Source: Octopus vulgaris (taxonomy: Eukaryota). From it: DNA of 64,000 nt. The stretch's first letter is position 1, and each line of letters begins with the position of its first letter. This document shows positions 1 to 16,489 of this stretch, piece by piece. The position numbers and the translations under genes are program-made. Location: positions 35,650,001 through 35,714,000 of the forward strand of contig OX597829.1 of assembly GCA_951406725.2 (NCBI GenBank), in the 5' to 3' direction. The notes under the pieces were generated by a model. The model saw only the letters and a program-made list of their open reading frames with translations, was not told the DNA's origin and ran no database searches.

Positions 1-97
1 GGTTTTATCTCTAATTTAATATAATATAATATTTTACTATAAAATTGGATTCAATCCTAAATCTGATATTTCCCTGTAAGTTTGGATTTATTCCCTA

Positions 98-170
<73 letters not shown>

Positions 171-281
171 ATGTATACATATGTATATAAAGGTTTTATT
201 AAACTTTTCGCATTGTCAGAAGCTTCTATTTTCTTTCTTCCCTTCTTCGATATTACCATACTTCAAGCGAGCTACAACATT

Positions 282-322
<41 letters not shown>

Positions 323-1439
323 ACACACACGCACACACACACTTGAAGAGGTACTCAGCATTGAATGGCTGTTAAATGTATATACCTTTACTATGTTTAA
401 CTAAGTTTTATGCAACAAGTTTTTATGTAAATATTTTTGCATTTAATTTTGTTGTAATATAAATTATGTCTGAATTTGAACTTTTCAAGGTTCTTTGGTG
501 TGCGAAGCTCTTTTTTCTCTGTTGATTTTAATTTTACGATTTTAGGAAACTATATTTTGTTTTACAGTATATATTTTCTTGTAATTCTAAATCATATTGA
601 ACACACAAAAAAGGACGTAATTTTAACAGAAAACTGATTTATTCAGCAAGAGCTATTTGAGAAAGTGTTTCTTGTTCTACAGTTTTGTACTTTAATTAGA
701 GGATATCCACTTGTCATGACACGTATGCACACATTGACCGTGAAAGAAATATTGATTCGACAGTTCAATCTTAGAGGATGGCCTCTTAAGCTTCATGATG
801 GCTACAGAAAACATGGGACCTGGAAACTGAAAGGGGCTTTCAATTTGAAGTGAAGTGGCGTATTTGATGGGATATCGGAAAGCATGGAAAGAAAACATCT
901 TTGTCCTTGGTACATCAAATTATATAATGGTGTCCATATTATGGGACATAAAATCTTGACAAAATGTCTTGTACTGTTATAGAGGTTTGGGACATCAAAA
1001 TTTTATAGCAACATAATGGGTGGTTTTACTTTCTGTTGCAGATTATGAGGATAAACAGTAGTGGATTGATGTTAGCCAATGTGAAGTTTGAGAAGATGCA
1101 CGTTCAACGAGAATAGCATTAATATTCTGATCAAACTCATTTGGAAGACTTGAAGTTAGGATGATACGTAAACAAATTCATCCATGAATTATCTGAGAAG
1201 CAAAGATAAAATTTTAGAAGGATTTCTAGAAACGTGTTGATGATTATTCCGGAATGGTTTGTTTTGGGGTTGGGTTGATATAGTCACTTTCATTTATTGC
1301 TAACTGGTAGCTGCTTATCCTTTCCATAGCCTGACGGCCAGTATTGGTTTGTTTACGTCCCCGTAACTTAGTGGTTCGGCCAAAAGTAGTTTACATTTCC
1401 CGCTTGGTTAAGGGCTGTGAGCGTCTGATGGCATTCCGG

Positions 1440-2335
1440 ACATCAAGCACCCTACGTTGTTACTTTCTTGAGCCGTTGACCTGCCCAGTGTACTGAGTAG
1501 TTCAGAAGAACCTAAAGCTAGAAAAAATAAGTTTCAGCCCCACCCCCACCCCAGGACTGCAGATCTGATAATGAAGCGAACTGTGAAAGATCCCATCTGG
1601 AAACGGTAAAAACAGATTAATTGCCAAAGAGTTGCTGGAGATGTCGCGACATCAACCCTTCTCTATGCATCATCACCTACTGCATTCCAAGTTCTCCACC
1701 CAGCGGACGTTGACAACGAATTAAACGTCTGACCAGTGGAATGCGTCCCCTTCATAGAGAGCAGGACGACAGGCACCCCAGTCCGGTGAACCATGAAGTG
1801 AAACAGAGCTAAAATATATGACGGGGGTGATGTAAGCGTCCGCCAACTCCGACCAATCTTTCAGGGATAGCTTCCTCTCAGCCAATATCTGATTTAAATT
1901 TGCCGTTCTACTTGTCACACATTCCAGTTCTTTTCCTCTTGGAAATCTGTGTCAAACCAATTTTACTGTCCGCCGTCATGTGCCTCTCAAAGTTTATGGA
2001 TGACACAAGCAACTCACTGACTTTGTTGGTTAATTTTGCTCGTCACCAACTCATCTTTCCTTAGAGTAATGCTTGGTACTGGACCTATAACGGTGACGCT
2101 GTCCACGTATGACAAAACATTTTCAACATCCCAGTTCATGCGGTAAATCACTCAATGTCGTTAGTTTCCTCAGTTGCATTCATGGACAGGTACATACAGG
2201 AGAGACGTAAAGGAACAATCTCGTCAGAAAGAATACATGATGCTGAATGGCTTCGATAGCTGATCATTCAATCTAAACACCGGACAAATGTCACCGAACA
2301 ACGCAGCAATTCAGCCCCTGCAGTTCAAATTTTCT
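1440..2335 (-). pseudogene. Decayed L1/Tx1-clade LINE ORF2 (RT region)
   Basis: Minus-strand translation gives PFSIMYSF*RDCSFTSLLYV (cf. PF.I.RSVRQGCPLSPLLYV), VLSYVDSVTV (cf. AYADDVTV) and ERKLSLKDWSELADAYITPVIY (cf. RKLSLKGR...N). Contains stops and frameshifts. Confidence 0.7.
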
Positions 2336-2565
2336 GTGAAAAGTAGCGCATTTGCAAAAGAGCCAGTTTTAATCAGCCGTCTTGTTATAATTCGATATTG
2401 CAGTTGTTGTCACTGCTGCTGCAGTGATCATTGTAGTAATATTATTTGGAAATAGGATGGGGTTCAGTTGACTTATAGGTAGGCTGTCTGCAATGATGTT
2501 GCCATTATGGTTTTGCTGCCCGTCACCTAGCTGTTGCACTTTGGTAGTATTATTTTATAATATTA

Positions 2566-2941
2566 CTAGCAGTATCGCTCGGCGTTGCTCGGGTTTGTTT
2601 CGACCCTTTAGAATTGGAATTTTTGAAAAGTAAAAATTTTGCATTATGTAGCTTGTTATTCTCTTTGAGTGAATATTTTTTTGGTTGAAATACACTGAAA
2701 AATGGCAACGCAGCAGTCAAAAATCATTAAAAAAATAGGGATTTTCATAGAAAAAAAAGCACCTTTTTGATATAAATAACTTTCGGTGTCAACATGGTCC
2801 GATTTCAATTTTTGGTAGCCTTCTTCTATCATATTCTCAATTTTGGTCAACTTGCGCCGCAGGGTCTCGGAGGGGATAGTGTTAGTTGAAGGCTACCAAA
2901 CCTGCCATACACAGACAACTTCAGCTTTATATATATAGAGA
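2566..2941 (-). mobile_element. Non-autonomous Helitron
   Basis: Minus strand begins A|TCTCTATATATATAAAG and ends cccgagcaacgccgagcgatactgCTAG|T (GC-rich subterminal hairpin-like motif plus CTAG). Inserted between A and T with no TSD. Confidence 0.8.
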
Positions 2942-3566
2942 TTACTGTTGTGATTGTTGCCTCTACTGCTGGACGTGTAACTGTTGATTTAGTAGTGGTT
3001 ATTTTCCTTCACTTTTCAAGTTTGTCGCCATCATTTTTGTCCCTAGCATTGCTCCCTTCGACCGATAAAGCCAGGTAATTTTTCCGTTAACATAACGAAC
3101 TGGAAGTTCATTGTTGTTGGAGATGGTATTGTTCTTGTTCATAATGGTGTCATTGTCGGTGGCTATGCGGTTGCTGCTGCACTTCGAGAACTTTTACTTC
3201 AAACTATTACTCTCCCCTCTCCACTCTCTCCCCCATTTCTCTCTCTCTCTCTCTCTCTCTGGGTAACAAAGCTTTCAAGGCAAGCGATAGCTTTAGCGCT
3301 GTTGTTGGTATCACATGTCATGGCTATACCCTACCGCTTCTTCTTCATCAATGTCAAACTTGCCGATGTTATAAATACTATGTTTCTCTGATGACTGCAA
3401 CAAACAAGAGTAATTGATGTATATTCTTTGATTCAGTAGATACTGAGAGTTTCAAAAACTGTCTTGCAAATACCGTAGGATTTGCAGATGAATAGATAAT
3501 GAATAATAAACATTTTCATCGGAGAAATTTACAAAATTAGGAGTAAACTTATGGAGTATTAATCTT

Positions 3567-3683
3567 TTGAAAGGATAAAAGGCAAAGTCGGCCTCGACGG
3601 AATGTGAACTCAGAACGTAAAGACGGACGAAATGCCGCTAAGCATGTCACACGGCATGCTAACGAATCCGTCTGGTCCTCGTC
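3567..3683 (-). mobile_element. tRNA-derived SINE family A, partial
   Basis: Matches the reverse complement of the 5' part of the copy at 41365-41595. Confidence 0.8.
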
Positions 3684-3950
<267 letters not shown>

Positions 3951-4162
3951 TTTCTACTATAGGCACAAGGCCTAGATTTTGTGGGGAGGGGGACAGTCGA
4001 TCACAATGATCCCAGTGTTTCACTGGTACTTAAATTATCGACCCCCGAAAGGGAAAGTCGACCTCAGCGGTATTTGAACTCAGAACGTAAACACGGACGA
4101 AATGCCTCAAAGCATTTCGTCTGGTTGTGCTAACGACTCTGCCAGCTCCAGCTCGCCGCCTT
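3951..4162 (-). mobile_element. tRNA-derived SINE family A (alternative 3' tail ...ggccttgtgcctatagtagaaa)
   Basis: Head ggcggcgagctg...gagttcaaat, then gactttccctttcggggtcgataatttaagtaccag. Flanked by microsatellites. Confidence 0.85.
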
Positions 4163-4374
<212 letters not shown>

Positions 4375-5394
4375 ATATGTTACATAAAAGTAAAACAATG
4401 GTGAAAAGAAACTCCATTGAAAACACAAGCGTGACAGATGTTTAGTTTGTTCGGCTCTGTTGGTTAGACAATCTTTTGATAAGAATAATAAAACATAAAA
4501 AAATAAATATAAAATATAAATATAAATATAAATATAAATATACAAAGCAAACGAATGAAACAAACAAAACGAAGAGCAGCTATGAAGTCGAAACTCTTTC
4601 TCTACAGACTGAAAACTATTCTGCTCAGACAATCTGTTCCATATAATATTTCATACTATCACCACCACCACCACCACCACCACTACTCCCCTCTCGCTTC
4701 CCCCCCCCCCCCTCTACGTTTTTACTTCTTATAACAAAGATCCCTTTCACGCTACTCATTACTGTATTTCGAACTCTTATCGACATTCCCCTCTTTCTCT
4801 CTTCACTTATATATATCTATCATTCTTTTTTCTTTTATTTTCCATAACACTGTCTTCTCTCTATCCCTTTATATTTCCACTGTGTCTTCTAAGCTCTCCC
4901 CCTCTCTCTGTCTCTGTCTCTCTCTCTCATTTTTTTTTCTATTGCAGTCATTTATTTCCCTAAGTTATCCTTGCTGTTTACCTACCATCTTCATTTGTTC
5001 CATCTTCATTTGTTCCTCTAACATTTATTTCATTCAACGTAACTGATAATCTCTTTTTACTTTACCTTGTGTTTCTCACTCTTTCCTCTCTCCCTGTAAT
5101 TCTAGCTTTCCGTCTCATTTATTCATCATTTCTTTCTTCTCAATCCCTCTAACACTCATTATATTCTTTCTCTCCCTCCTTCACTTTCTTTCTCTCTCTC
5201 TCTCCCTCCCTCCCTCTCTCTCTCTCTCTCTCTCTGTGCATTTTTTCACTCTGTCATTCTCATGGATTTACTGCATCTGTATTTCTATAATAATTCTGTC
5301 TTTCATTCGCTCTTATTTGCTCTTTTTCTCTTGAACAGTTTATCCTTTTAACAAATGCAACGACCTTAATTATAAATATCTGAATGCTCTTCTA

Positions 5395-5822
5395 AGTGCT
5401 GGCAGAATTACTAGCACGCCAAGCGAAAAGCTTAGCGGCATGTCGACTGTCTTTACTTTCGTAGTTCAATTTCTCCTTAAGGTGGAGAGCTGGCAGAAAC
5501 GTTAGCATGCCGGGCGAAATGCTTAGCGGTATTTCGTTCTGAGTTCAAATTCATCTGAGGTCGACTTTGCCTTTCATCCTTTCGGGATCGTTATATCAAG
5601 TACCAGTTGCGTACTGGGGTTGATCTAATCGACTGACTCCCTCCCCACAAATTTCGGGCCTTGTACCTAGAGTAGAAAAAAAAAAGTTTCAATTTCCCCT
5701 GAGGTCCGCTTTGTCTTTCATCCTTTCAGGGTCGATGAAATAGGTATCAGCTGAGCACTAGGGCGATGTAATCGACTAGCTCCCTTTCCCAAAGTTTCAG
5801 GCCTTGTGCCTGTAGTAGAAAG
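5395..5822 (+). mobile_element. Three tandem family A SINE pieces (5395-5475 head, 5478-5676 near full, 5688-5822 3' half)
   Basis: Repeated gctggcagaa..ttagca and ctttcatcctttc.gg.tcg.t motifs. Confidence 0.85.
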
Positions 5823-5824
5823 GA

Positions 5825-5894
<70 letters not shown>

Positions 5895-6059
5895 CATTAT
5901 TATTATTATGATTACGCTAGAGCATGCTAATTTAGTTAGCAAGTATTTCATCTTGAGGTATCATGGCAAAAAGTCTCCACAATTCTCAAGAATTTTTCTG
6001 AGGATACTTGCTGAATAAAGGATGGCCGAACTTGATAATGCGAATTTCAACTTCTCGTT

Positions 6060-6370
<311 letters not shown>

Positions 6371-6899
6371 TATTATCGTTTCTTGTGGGCGTACAACGTA
6401 TCGGTTCCCGAAGGTTTCTTAAATCTTGTTGAATGCAATTTGTAACAGTAAATTTCAGTTAAAATGTTGAAGTACCCCTGTCTTAGTGGGGAAGGAGGAG
6501 ATTGTCAAATTGCGTCCTTGAGGGGAGAATATCTGCAATATTCTAGTTGCAATCGTCTATTTCTTTTCTCTGTTGGAATTATAGCATTAGTAATGCCAGC
6601 TATCATATTCAGTAACAAGGTATGAGAAAGAACGACTCATACCACTAACAGCTTCGTTACAGAAGATTTGCATGAGCATAACAGCGATGGTAATGCAACA
6701 GTAAGAACAGTAAGGATAAAGTTTTTTAACAATCAGAACACTATCACGAGATAATTGCTCTATGAGTAACAGCAAAAGGAGCGGCATTAAAAATAGTAAC
6801 AACAGTAGTAACAATACTAACGACAGCGACAAAATAAGTTGTGATGGCGACTCCACAGGCAGGCAAACTTTTGCGAAGCTGGCGGCGAAATGATCACAC

Positions 6900-7600
6900 C
6901 AATTCTCGCTTTCTTTAAACGATAAGGACACCTACTGAAAAAGGGGTGGCTCATCTTGTTAGGATGAATGGGAGGAAAGCACAAGTTGCAATCCCAGTCG
7001 AGATTTTGGTAGTAACGTCTCGGAATATGCAGTTATATTGTTGCATATCGGCAAAAACCGACAATTAGAAGCAGTAACACACATCCAAGTGGAAAGTCTT
7101 CGAAGAAATGTGAACAACTGCACATATTGTGACCAGGACAAAGCAGTTCGGGAGGTTCGCACTGAAGAACTTCCTTTCCCCATACAACGCAGAGAACTCA
7201 CCATCTATCCAATATATTGAGGGAGAAGGACTTGTCGTATCAAGATAGAGAGAATTCTGCCTATGTTGGAAAATTGGAGGTGAGAAACGCCAATTTACCA
7301 TAATTCTGTGGAGACAGGTATTTCGTCCCCCCACCCCCGGCTGATTGTAGTGGTTTCTACGAGCAGTTCTTTACGCAGCTACCCTGAAGTCCCATTCAGC
7401 CTGGTTTGAAGTAATGCGCTCTAGTTACAGTCTTTTAGTCGACAAGTGTCAATACCATTTGTTTTCGTTTCAATTTGGTCTAAAAGGTGCAGCGATTTAT
7501 TAAACGTAAATTTTCTGCGTTCTAATTTGTAGACGTGTTCTTCGCTTTTCCTGAATTCTGATACTTTTTGTCTTGTGAGATAATGTCGAAAACTTTGGTT
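6900..7600 (-). pseudogene. Highly decayed L1/Tx1-like ORF1 fragment
   Basis: Weak similarity by eye to the ORF1 remnants at 16.5-17.5 kb and 19.0-19.7 kb (LSPQNYGK, cf. IPIYFGR). Many stops. Confidence 0.35.
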
Positions 7601-9082
7601 ATCATGCCAAAATAGTTATTTTTTTAATTATGTTTTCACTACTGCTACTATTGTTGTTAGTATCATCTTTGTCACTGGGGTGGTGTTGGTGGTGAAGGCG
7701 CTTTCGCTACTGCAGCTTGTTGCTATAGCGGAGGTAACAATGCAAGATTTTCTAATGCTGGTAATTCTGCGAATTTCTTTGTTTAACATGCCATTGTTCT
7801 TGCAGCTGCTACTTTAGCTGCTTTTGTGCAAAAATTACTACTACACCTGGAAGGATTTGACTAATATTGGGGGCGTGGTGCGGGTGAGTTTAAATCATCC
7901 GACGGCTGTTCTGTGAGTAATCCGTATTTGTCCTGACTTCAGAGGCTGAATCGCTTTAATGTACAGTAGCATCTTTTCAGTAGCCAATCAAGACAGACGC
8001 TACTAGGAATAATCTTACCTAACACAGTAGACATGTCAAGGTCTCTCCCTTATCTCCCTTACCCCATTCCTTCGTCTACAATTTGATGCGGGTATCAAAC
8101 GTGTGTGCATATATCTATATGTGTGAGTGTGTGTGACCCCAAATGTAGAAATGTACCAACGTAATACATCACTAATAATTGGACAGTGAAAAGCAGCAAC
8201 TTCCTTGTGTTTTGAGTAAATGAGTCCAGACTTGAGCTAACTAGACGTTTGTCCACGACCTCATCTCTTCTTTTAAAGTACAATTCTTATAGCTGCATCG
8301 ATTTTCTACAAAATCTCAACAAAAAGAAAGGCAGTAGTCTAAAGCATGGGACAAACCCCAGCACTTACAGATAAATTATTTTCTCAACCCGAAAGGATGA
8401 CGGTGATTTGGAAAGTAGAGGAACGCAAATAAATACCACAAGGTATTTTTGTCTCATACTGCTGTGATTCTGCCATACTTCACTTAGTACTGCTATAAAG
8501 CTCCAATTATTCTTGCTTATTGATATTTACATGGGTTTCTTGGCGGTTTTCTAGTTTATATAACACGTGTATAGTCGCCATTTTTACAAGTAGGATTACA
8601 GTGTCCATTTAATGTAGAATCAAAATATATAAAATTGTGAAATATGACAGGAAAACAAAATACAAAGTTAAAACAATTTAAGGAAAATCCCAAGTAATAA
8701 AATAGTGAAATATGGAAGAACATTAATTTCTTCTTATGTGAACAATATTTTTTCATTTATTACAAATAATTGCTATAATGATATTGTCATAACAATGAAA
8801 ATTAGCATAAGATTCTGTCGAGCGAAATTGAGAAAGATGTGAAGAATGTAAGTTTAAATAAAAAGTGATATTAGAGAATGATAAATAGGTAGAGAGGGGA
8901 GAAGTTGGGAGGGGGGGTCAGAGAGTTCTGAGCAAGGAGAGTGTAAAAGGCAAAGCAAAAGCGATATAATTAGAATATGTTGAAACTGGAATTTTAAAGA
9001 TTAATTATACAATGATTTCAGATTGATCCCAAAAGTTGTTTTGAGTATTTGTAATATATATATAGGTTTACTTAGTTTGGGA

Positions 9083-9132
<50 letters not shown>

Positions 9133-9771
9133 ACACACACACACGCACACACACATATTACATTTATTGGGGTAAACAATTTCGCTTCCTTTAATTCAAT
9201 AAACTTATGATTACTCTATGAAAAATGCAGCTAAGAAATCAATATTTTCTTATTTATTTTACAATTATATTTTTATTTCGATTTGGTTAATGTGTGCAAT
9301 CTCCATAGAGCATGGGGCAATCACCAGAGCTACTTGAATAATCCTCCTCCTTCTCTTCCCTATCAACTTCCTCCTGCTCCTCTTCCTCATCCTCCTCATC
9401 ATCATTAAATTATTTATTACTACGGTCGCATTCGATATTACTGTTGTTGCTCTTTCGTTATTGTACATCGTTTTCGGTCTCAACCTTCATTTCCTCTTTT
9501 TTCTTCTGTGGAATCTACAAATTTCTACGTTTCTGTTTGCACCTCCCATCTATATTGTTATTATTATTATTTTAATTTTCCTCCTCCTTTTCCTCCTCCA
9601 TCTCCATCTCCTTCTCCTCCTTCTCTCCCCCCTCCTCGTCTTCATTTTTCTCTTTTTTCTTTCTCTTCCTATTCTCTTCCTCTCTTTAACCACCGCCCAT
9701 TGCTCCGTCTTTCATAATTTCCACCTAATTTTCCTCACCCCTTCTCCTCTTCATTTTCTTTCTCATTCTTC

Positions 9772-9802
<31 letters not shown>

Positions 9803-10044
9803 ATGTGCATGTCTTACTCTCTTCCGCACTAATCACTGGTAATTTTACAGAACTCCACAATTCTTTCTTCACTAGTTTCCTGCTGCGTCTGTTTAACCAT
9901 AGTTTGTTTTCTTTCTCTTCTACCACCGATATCAACATTTCCTCCATCTCTTCTTCCACCAAATCTCTTTCTCCTTCATCATACCAACACCACTGAGCTT
10001 CTGCTGTCATCATGTTTTTCAATTCCCTTTCTTTCTCTAAAGAA

Positions 10045-10292
<248 letters not shown>

Positions 10293-10626
10293 AAGATTCC
10301 TTTTTTTATTTCACCAGCGACATTTCTCGACTGAACGTTTTTCGCTTTATTCCATTCATTGCTGTAGTGACATTTTATCGCTTTTTGGCATCTCTTCTGT
10401 TTTCAAAAGAACTCAGGCGCTTATCACAAAACGATATCACGTGCTTCCTCTTTCTATGCGGAAGACGAAAAGCAAATAACTAACAACAAAAAAAAGTGTA
10501 CATATTTACACCTGCACATATATAAACTGACATACACACATATATACGCATATATACACACATATATACGCACACATACACACATGTATGCTTATATGTG
10601 TACGTATATACATATATGGTAAAAAC

Positions 10627-10664
<38 letters not shown>

Positions 10665-10736
10665 CGAGGGGGATAGATATATATACATACATACATAGAT
10701 ATGTATATATACGCATTTATATATCTAATATAGATA

Positions 10737-10793
<57 letters not shown>

Positions 10794-10946
10794 TACATAT
10801 ATGTAAGTATACATGCATACATGCTTACATATAGTATATGCATGTATCCATTAACGTGTGTGTGTGAGGATCAGCGTGCATGCGCGTGTGTATGTACACA
10901 CACTCCCACACATATATGCATACGTACCTAAATATATAAATACATG

Positions 10947-11000
<54 letters not shown>

Positions 11001-11277
11001 CACGCACGAACTCACCAATACATACATTGCATGGAACGAAAGAAATCATAAAAGAATTTTAAAAATATATAGTCAAAATAACATATAAGGAAAAAATACG
11101 AAAAATTCAACATGCTAAGCTAATAAATAAATATCCATATATACATGACTGTTGTATAAAGAGAAGAAAAATATTACTGCTAGTACTATTACTACGAATA
11201 ATACTGAAGGTGATGGGAACGGTGACAATAATAACAAAAAGAATAATTGTTATAAAAATATAGCACATGATCGACTT

Positions 11278-11285
11278 GAATAATG

Positions 11286-11319
<34 letters not shown>

Positions 11320-11324
11320 TAATA

Positions 11325-11421
<97 letters not shown>

Positions 11422-11423
11422 TG

Positions 11424-11490
<67 letters not shown>

Positions 11491-11501
11491 TGATGATGAT
11501 G

Positions 11502-11554
<53 letters not shown>

Positions 11555-11594
11555 TAAAATAATAATAATAATAATAATAATAATGATAAATATG

Positions 11595-11656
<62 letters not shown>
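11278..11656. repeat. (AAT)n microsatellite
   Basis: Directly visible; source of the poly-I/poly-N ORFs. Confidence 0.98.
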
Positions 11657-11658
<2 letters not shown>

Positions 11659-12097
11659 TGAAGGAAAGAAAAAGAAATGTACATGTGTGAACATATACAC
11701 ACAAACATACACGCACACACACAATATACAAGTAAGGTAAAATAACTAAACAAACACGGAGCTCTCCAGCATTGAAGTGACGAAAGGATGCATCCTTAAG
11801 CGACACTGATTGGATCGGATATCGCTTTTCAGCAGAGAACGTCAATAAAAGTCGATTTTGGAGATGGCAAGATTTGCAGTATTTTCCAACGCATCAACGT
11901 CCCTTTTGGACTTTTTAGCTTTCTACTTTACTTTTTTTTAGCTTTCTGCTTTATCTTCGCCCTCTCACCACTCACCCTTCTCCATCTTTCTTTATGTGTA
12001 TATATATTTACACACATATGCACACTCACAAAGAATACACATACATATATTTTATAATTGCCTACATATATGTATATACGAGCATATACATACATAT

Positions 12098-12345
<248 letters not shown>

Positions 12346-13888
12346 TAGTAGTAGTATGTGCTCAAATGTATATATAAAAGTATGTATCGGTGTATGCATA
12401 TTCATAGAGATCCATAAATACAGATAAAGTTATACTAAAATGTATGTCAATAATATATATGTATATCTATATCTAGTTATAAATATGTATCCGTTTGTGT
12501 AGATACGAATGTTGTTTACATACTCTTTATAAACACAAACGCGCGCACGCGTACACACGCGTTCATATACTTATACTTACCTATAATCAATGTGTGTGTA
12601 CGTATGCATATATATATATATGTGTGTGTGTGTGTGTATGTGTGTGTGTGTGTGTGTGTGTGCATATATACATATATATGTATATATATATATATATATA
12701 TATACGTGATTCCGATATAGATATAAACGTATGTATATTTCCTTTTCTCTCCATTTATCACACTATATACTTACATATGTAAGTATGTATGTATTCATAT
12801 ATAGTTGTGTATGTATAAGATAGTTTATAAGTGAGTGAGTTTGTTTAATGGAGATTTATCTTTATTTTTTCATAGATTATGAACGTGTTACATAAATGTT
12901 GTATGTTTAAGTCATATTTTTTTCCCACAAAGACGCGGCTTGGTGTTCAAAGCCTCTGGTGCAAATATATGCATACTGACATTTTTTTTTTACATATTTT
13001 ATTTGTGTTCTCTCTGCTCCACCCCGTCTTTTTTTTTTTTCTTTTCATTTTATATCTTTTCTGTCTTTTCCTCTTTATCCTCTCTAATTTCTTTCGTGTA
13101 TACTCTCTAAGGTTTTCTTTCTTTCGCTTTCAGTTTTCTTTATTCGCGGAACATTTATTTTCTTTACATTTTCTTTCTTTCTTTTTTTTTTTTTGAAATA
13201 GAAAGCCCTACTGCATTACAAAAACACTATCGGAAACAATCTTAACAACACCTCTTCTTAAGATGGGTTATCGAAGAATATTCTATGAAAGTATAATAGC
13301 TATTAGGATTAGCCTAGAGGTGATGGAAACTTGAAAAATAAGGACCATGTTAAAACAAGTCAGAGCAAGAAAAACATACTTTTTCTTTTCGGCATTTTTT
13401 CTTCTTCATTTCTATCACAAAATAAACAAGAAAATAGATAAAAATCAAACACAAAAGACAGAAAAAAGGTGTAAAATTTGTTGTTATGGCGATCGTTTTG
13501 AAGAAATTGTAAAAACTTATGTAACAACTGTTTTTTTTCCCTCTATCTTTTACGCTGATAAATAGAAATTATTTGTACTTCACATTTGTAATCAGCAGAC
13601 ATGAAATAACAGATTCAAATTGATATCATTCTGATCGTCAGAAAATCATCATGATCACCACCACCAGCACCAGCACCACCACCGCCGCCGCCGCCGCCGC
13701 CGCCGTCTTCGTCGTCGCCATCATCATCATCATCGTCTTCATCATCATCATCATGACGACGACGACGACGACGACCACCACCACCACCACCACCACCGCC
13801 ACCACCATCATCATTGCTGTTTTTGTTCCGTATAATATTGTCGTCCGTTGTTATATTTTGTGGTTGCTTTTGTTGTTATTATTATCAT

Positions 13889-13919
<31 letters not shown>

Positions 13920-14479
13920 AGCAGCATCTTCTTTGTCAATAATTTCGCCATCATCTTTATGAAATTTTTTAACCTTCTTGATTAAAGAATTGTTTATATA
14001 ACAAAACTTTTGAGTATATGTCTCTAAGGGCAAAGAATATTTTCCAAGATTGTGTAACTCTCTTCACCCTTGTAGGTGTTTCTAGAAATCAGAAGATAAT
14101 GAAAAATTAAGGTTTTAAGTTTTCTTCAAATATTCGTGGCCTGTAGGGCAAGTAAATCTTGATTGCTGTATGTATTAGGCCAGATTCAACGTCTTCAAAG
14201 TAATTCTCTACAAGCATCACCTACAGAAGCTGTATCGTTATTTCCATCATATTTTACATCATCATCATCATCATCATCATCGGCATGATATTTATCGGTA
14301 TAATGGTTACGGACATATAAGCATCATAACCAGTATCACCACCGCCAACATCAGGATCTTCATTATCAGTGATTATACATATCATTGTCACAGACAGACA
14401 GACACACACACATACACATATATCTATATTTTTGTACATATATACAAAACATAGATACAGACAGACATGCATATGTATG

Positions 14480-14510
<31 letters not shown>

Positions 14511-14948
14511 GAATATATATATATATATATATACATACGTATATATATGCATATATAAATATATACATATATAAATATATATATGTATATATATACATAT
14601 ATATATGTGTATATATATATATTTATATATATATATACACATATATATACATATATATATTTATATATATGTGTGTATATATATATATGTATATACATAT
14701 ATAAATATATACATATATATATACAGACTTATTATTGTTTGTTTCTTTTATGCGGAATTGCAATTAAAACGATTTTACATTAAACTGAAGGATTACTCGA
14801 TATGTTTTATAGAGTACAAAACCATTATTCTTTAACATGAGCAGTAATTTCGAAATTTCGGCTTTTTTTGCCTTCACCGCTCACACGCCGATCACTGTCA
14901 CACTATTTTTGTCAATGAATAATGAATACCTTCATGCATATGTTTGTG

Positions 14949-15032
<84 letters not shown>

Positions 15033-15150
15033 CCTGCCTGTCTGTCTATCTATCTATCTATCTATCTACTTGATTATCCGTCTGTCTACCTGTCTGTCTG
15101 TCTGCATGTCTGCCTGCCTGCTGTCTGTCTGCCTTTCTGTCTGTCTGTCT
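14480..15150. repeat. (AT)n-rich and (TATC)n/(TGTC)n microsatellites
   Basis: Directly visible at 14480-14722 and 14948-15150. Confidence 0.95.
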
Positions 15151-15570
15151 CTCTTTATTGTTGACTTAAGAATTTGTAAACTGTCGAGAGAATATGGATA
15201 AATTTCTTTTAGGAACAGTTGTTCTCGAAGTACATAAATGCATTAAATAAAAGCATGTAAATATTGATTTGAAAATCTTTTTATGACTGAATAAAAATTC
15301 GAAGGCTTCCATTGGAACTTGAACCCACATCTGTGTGGACACAACAAGTGTTCCACCATTGGTCAGGAGATACGATTCGAGTCTCACGGAAAGCATTCAA
15401 CTTTTTCCGTCGAAGAGTTTGTCAATATTTACACGCCATTATTATCCATAGTATTTATGAGAATTATATAAAAAAGAATCTTACATGTGAGTGCATGTAT
15501 ATATATATATATATATATATTTATACATACGCACACACACACACACTCGCACACACACATACACACACAT

Positions 15571-15642
<72 letters not shown>

Positions 15643-15961
15643 ATATAAGGAAAATAATCTTGATCGAGCTTACAGTCCTATAAAATAAAGGTTGAAGTGC
15701 GCACGATTGAAGAGGTAGCAGAAAGAGCCTCTTGCTGATTATGAAGCAAAAAAGAGGAAATATGCTGGAGGTGAGGAGGAGATGAGGAGTGATTTAGCCA
15801 TCCCTGCTGACCCACCAATGGGTGGGTTTTACAGTATTGGGTTAAAACATCCTATGGTAGTTGGATACTTTCTGATGACATCAGTTCCTCCTGGCCAAAG
15901 CTCCATTCATTTTGGTGACAGTATATACACACGCGCGCGCCTGTGCGCACACACATATACT

Positions 15962-16381
15962 CTTTATTCTTTTACTCTTTTACTTGTTTCAGTCATTTGA
16001 CTGCGGCCATGCTGGAGCACCGCCTTTAATCGAGCAACTCGACCCCGGGACTTATTCTTTTGTAAGCCCAGTACTTATTCTATCGGTCTCTTTTGCCGAA
16101 CCGCTAAGTAAGGGGGACTTAAACGCACCAGCATCGGTTGTCAAGCAATGCTAGGGGGCCAAACACAGACACACAAACACACACACGCATATATAAATAT
16201 ATATATATATATATACGACGGGCTTCTTTCAGTTTCCGTCTACCAAATCCACTCACACGGCATTTGTCGGCCCGAGGCTATAGTAGAAGACACTTGCCCA
16301 AGGTGCCACGCAGTGGGACTGAACCCGGAACCATGTGGCTGGTAAACAAGCTACTTACCACACAGCCACTCCTGCGCCTAT
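15962..16381 (-). mobile_element. tRNA-derived SINE family B, full length (CORE-like central motif)
   Basis: Head taggcgcaggagtggctgtgtggtaag (A-box-like), ccgggttcagtccc (B-box-like), gcaccttgggcaagtgtctt (CORE-like), internal (AT)/(GT) run, tail gaaacaagtaaaagagtaaaag. Near-identical to 24301-24715. Confidence 0.9.
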
Positions 16382-16489
16382 TGTATAATTTTTTTTTACT
16401 TGTTTCAGTGGGGACACAACATTGCAGGGTTTAATCGAACAAATAGACCCGGTACTTACTATACTAATGTTAGTGGTGTTTGAGTATTG

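Noticed and set aside
340-400. ttgaagaggta...tacc as a hammerhead
   Set aside because: No GAAA box or stem III follows.
540-1030. Short ORFs or DNA-transposon remnant
   Set aside because: No recognisable motif or termini.
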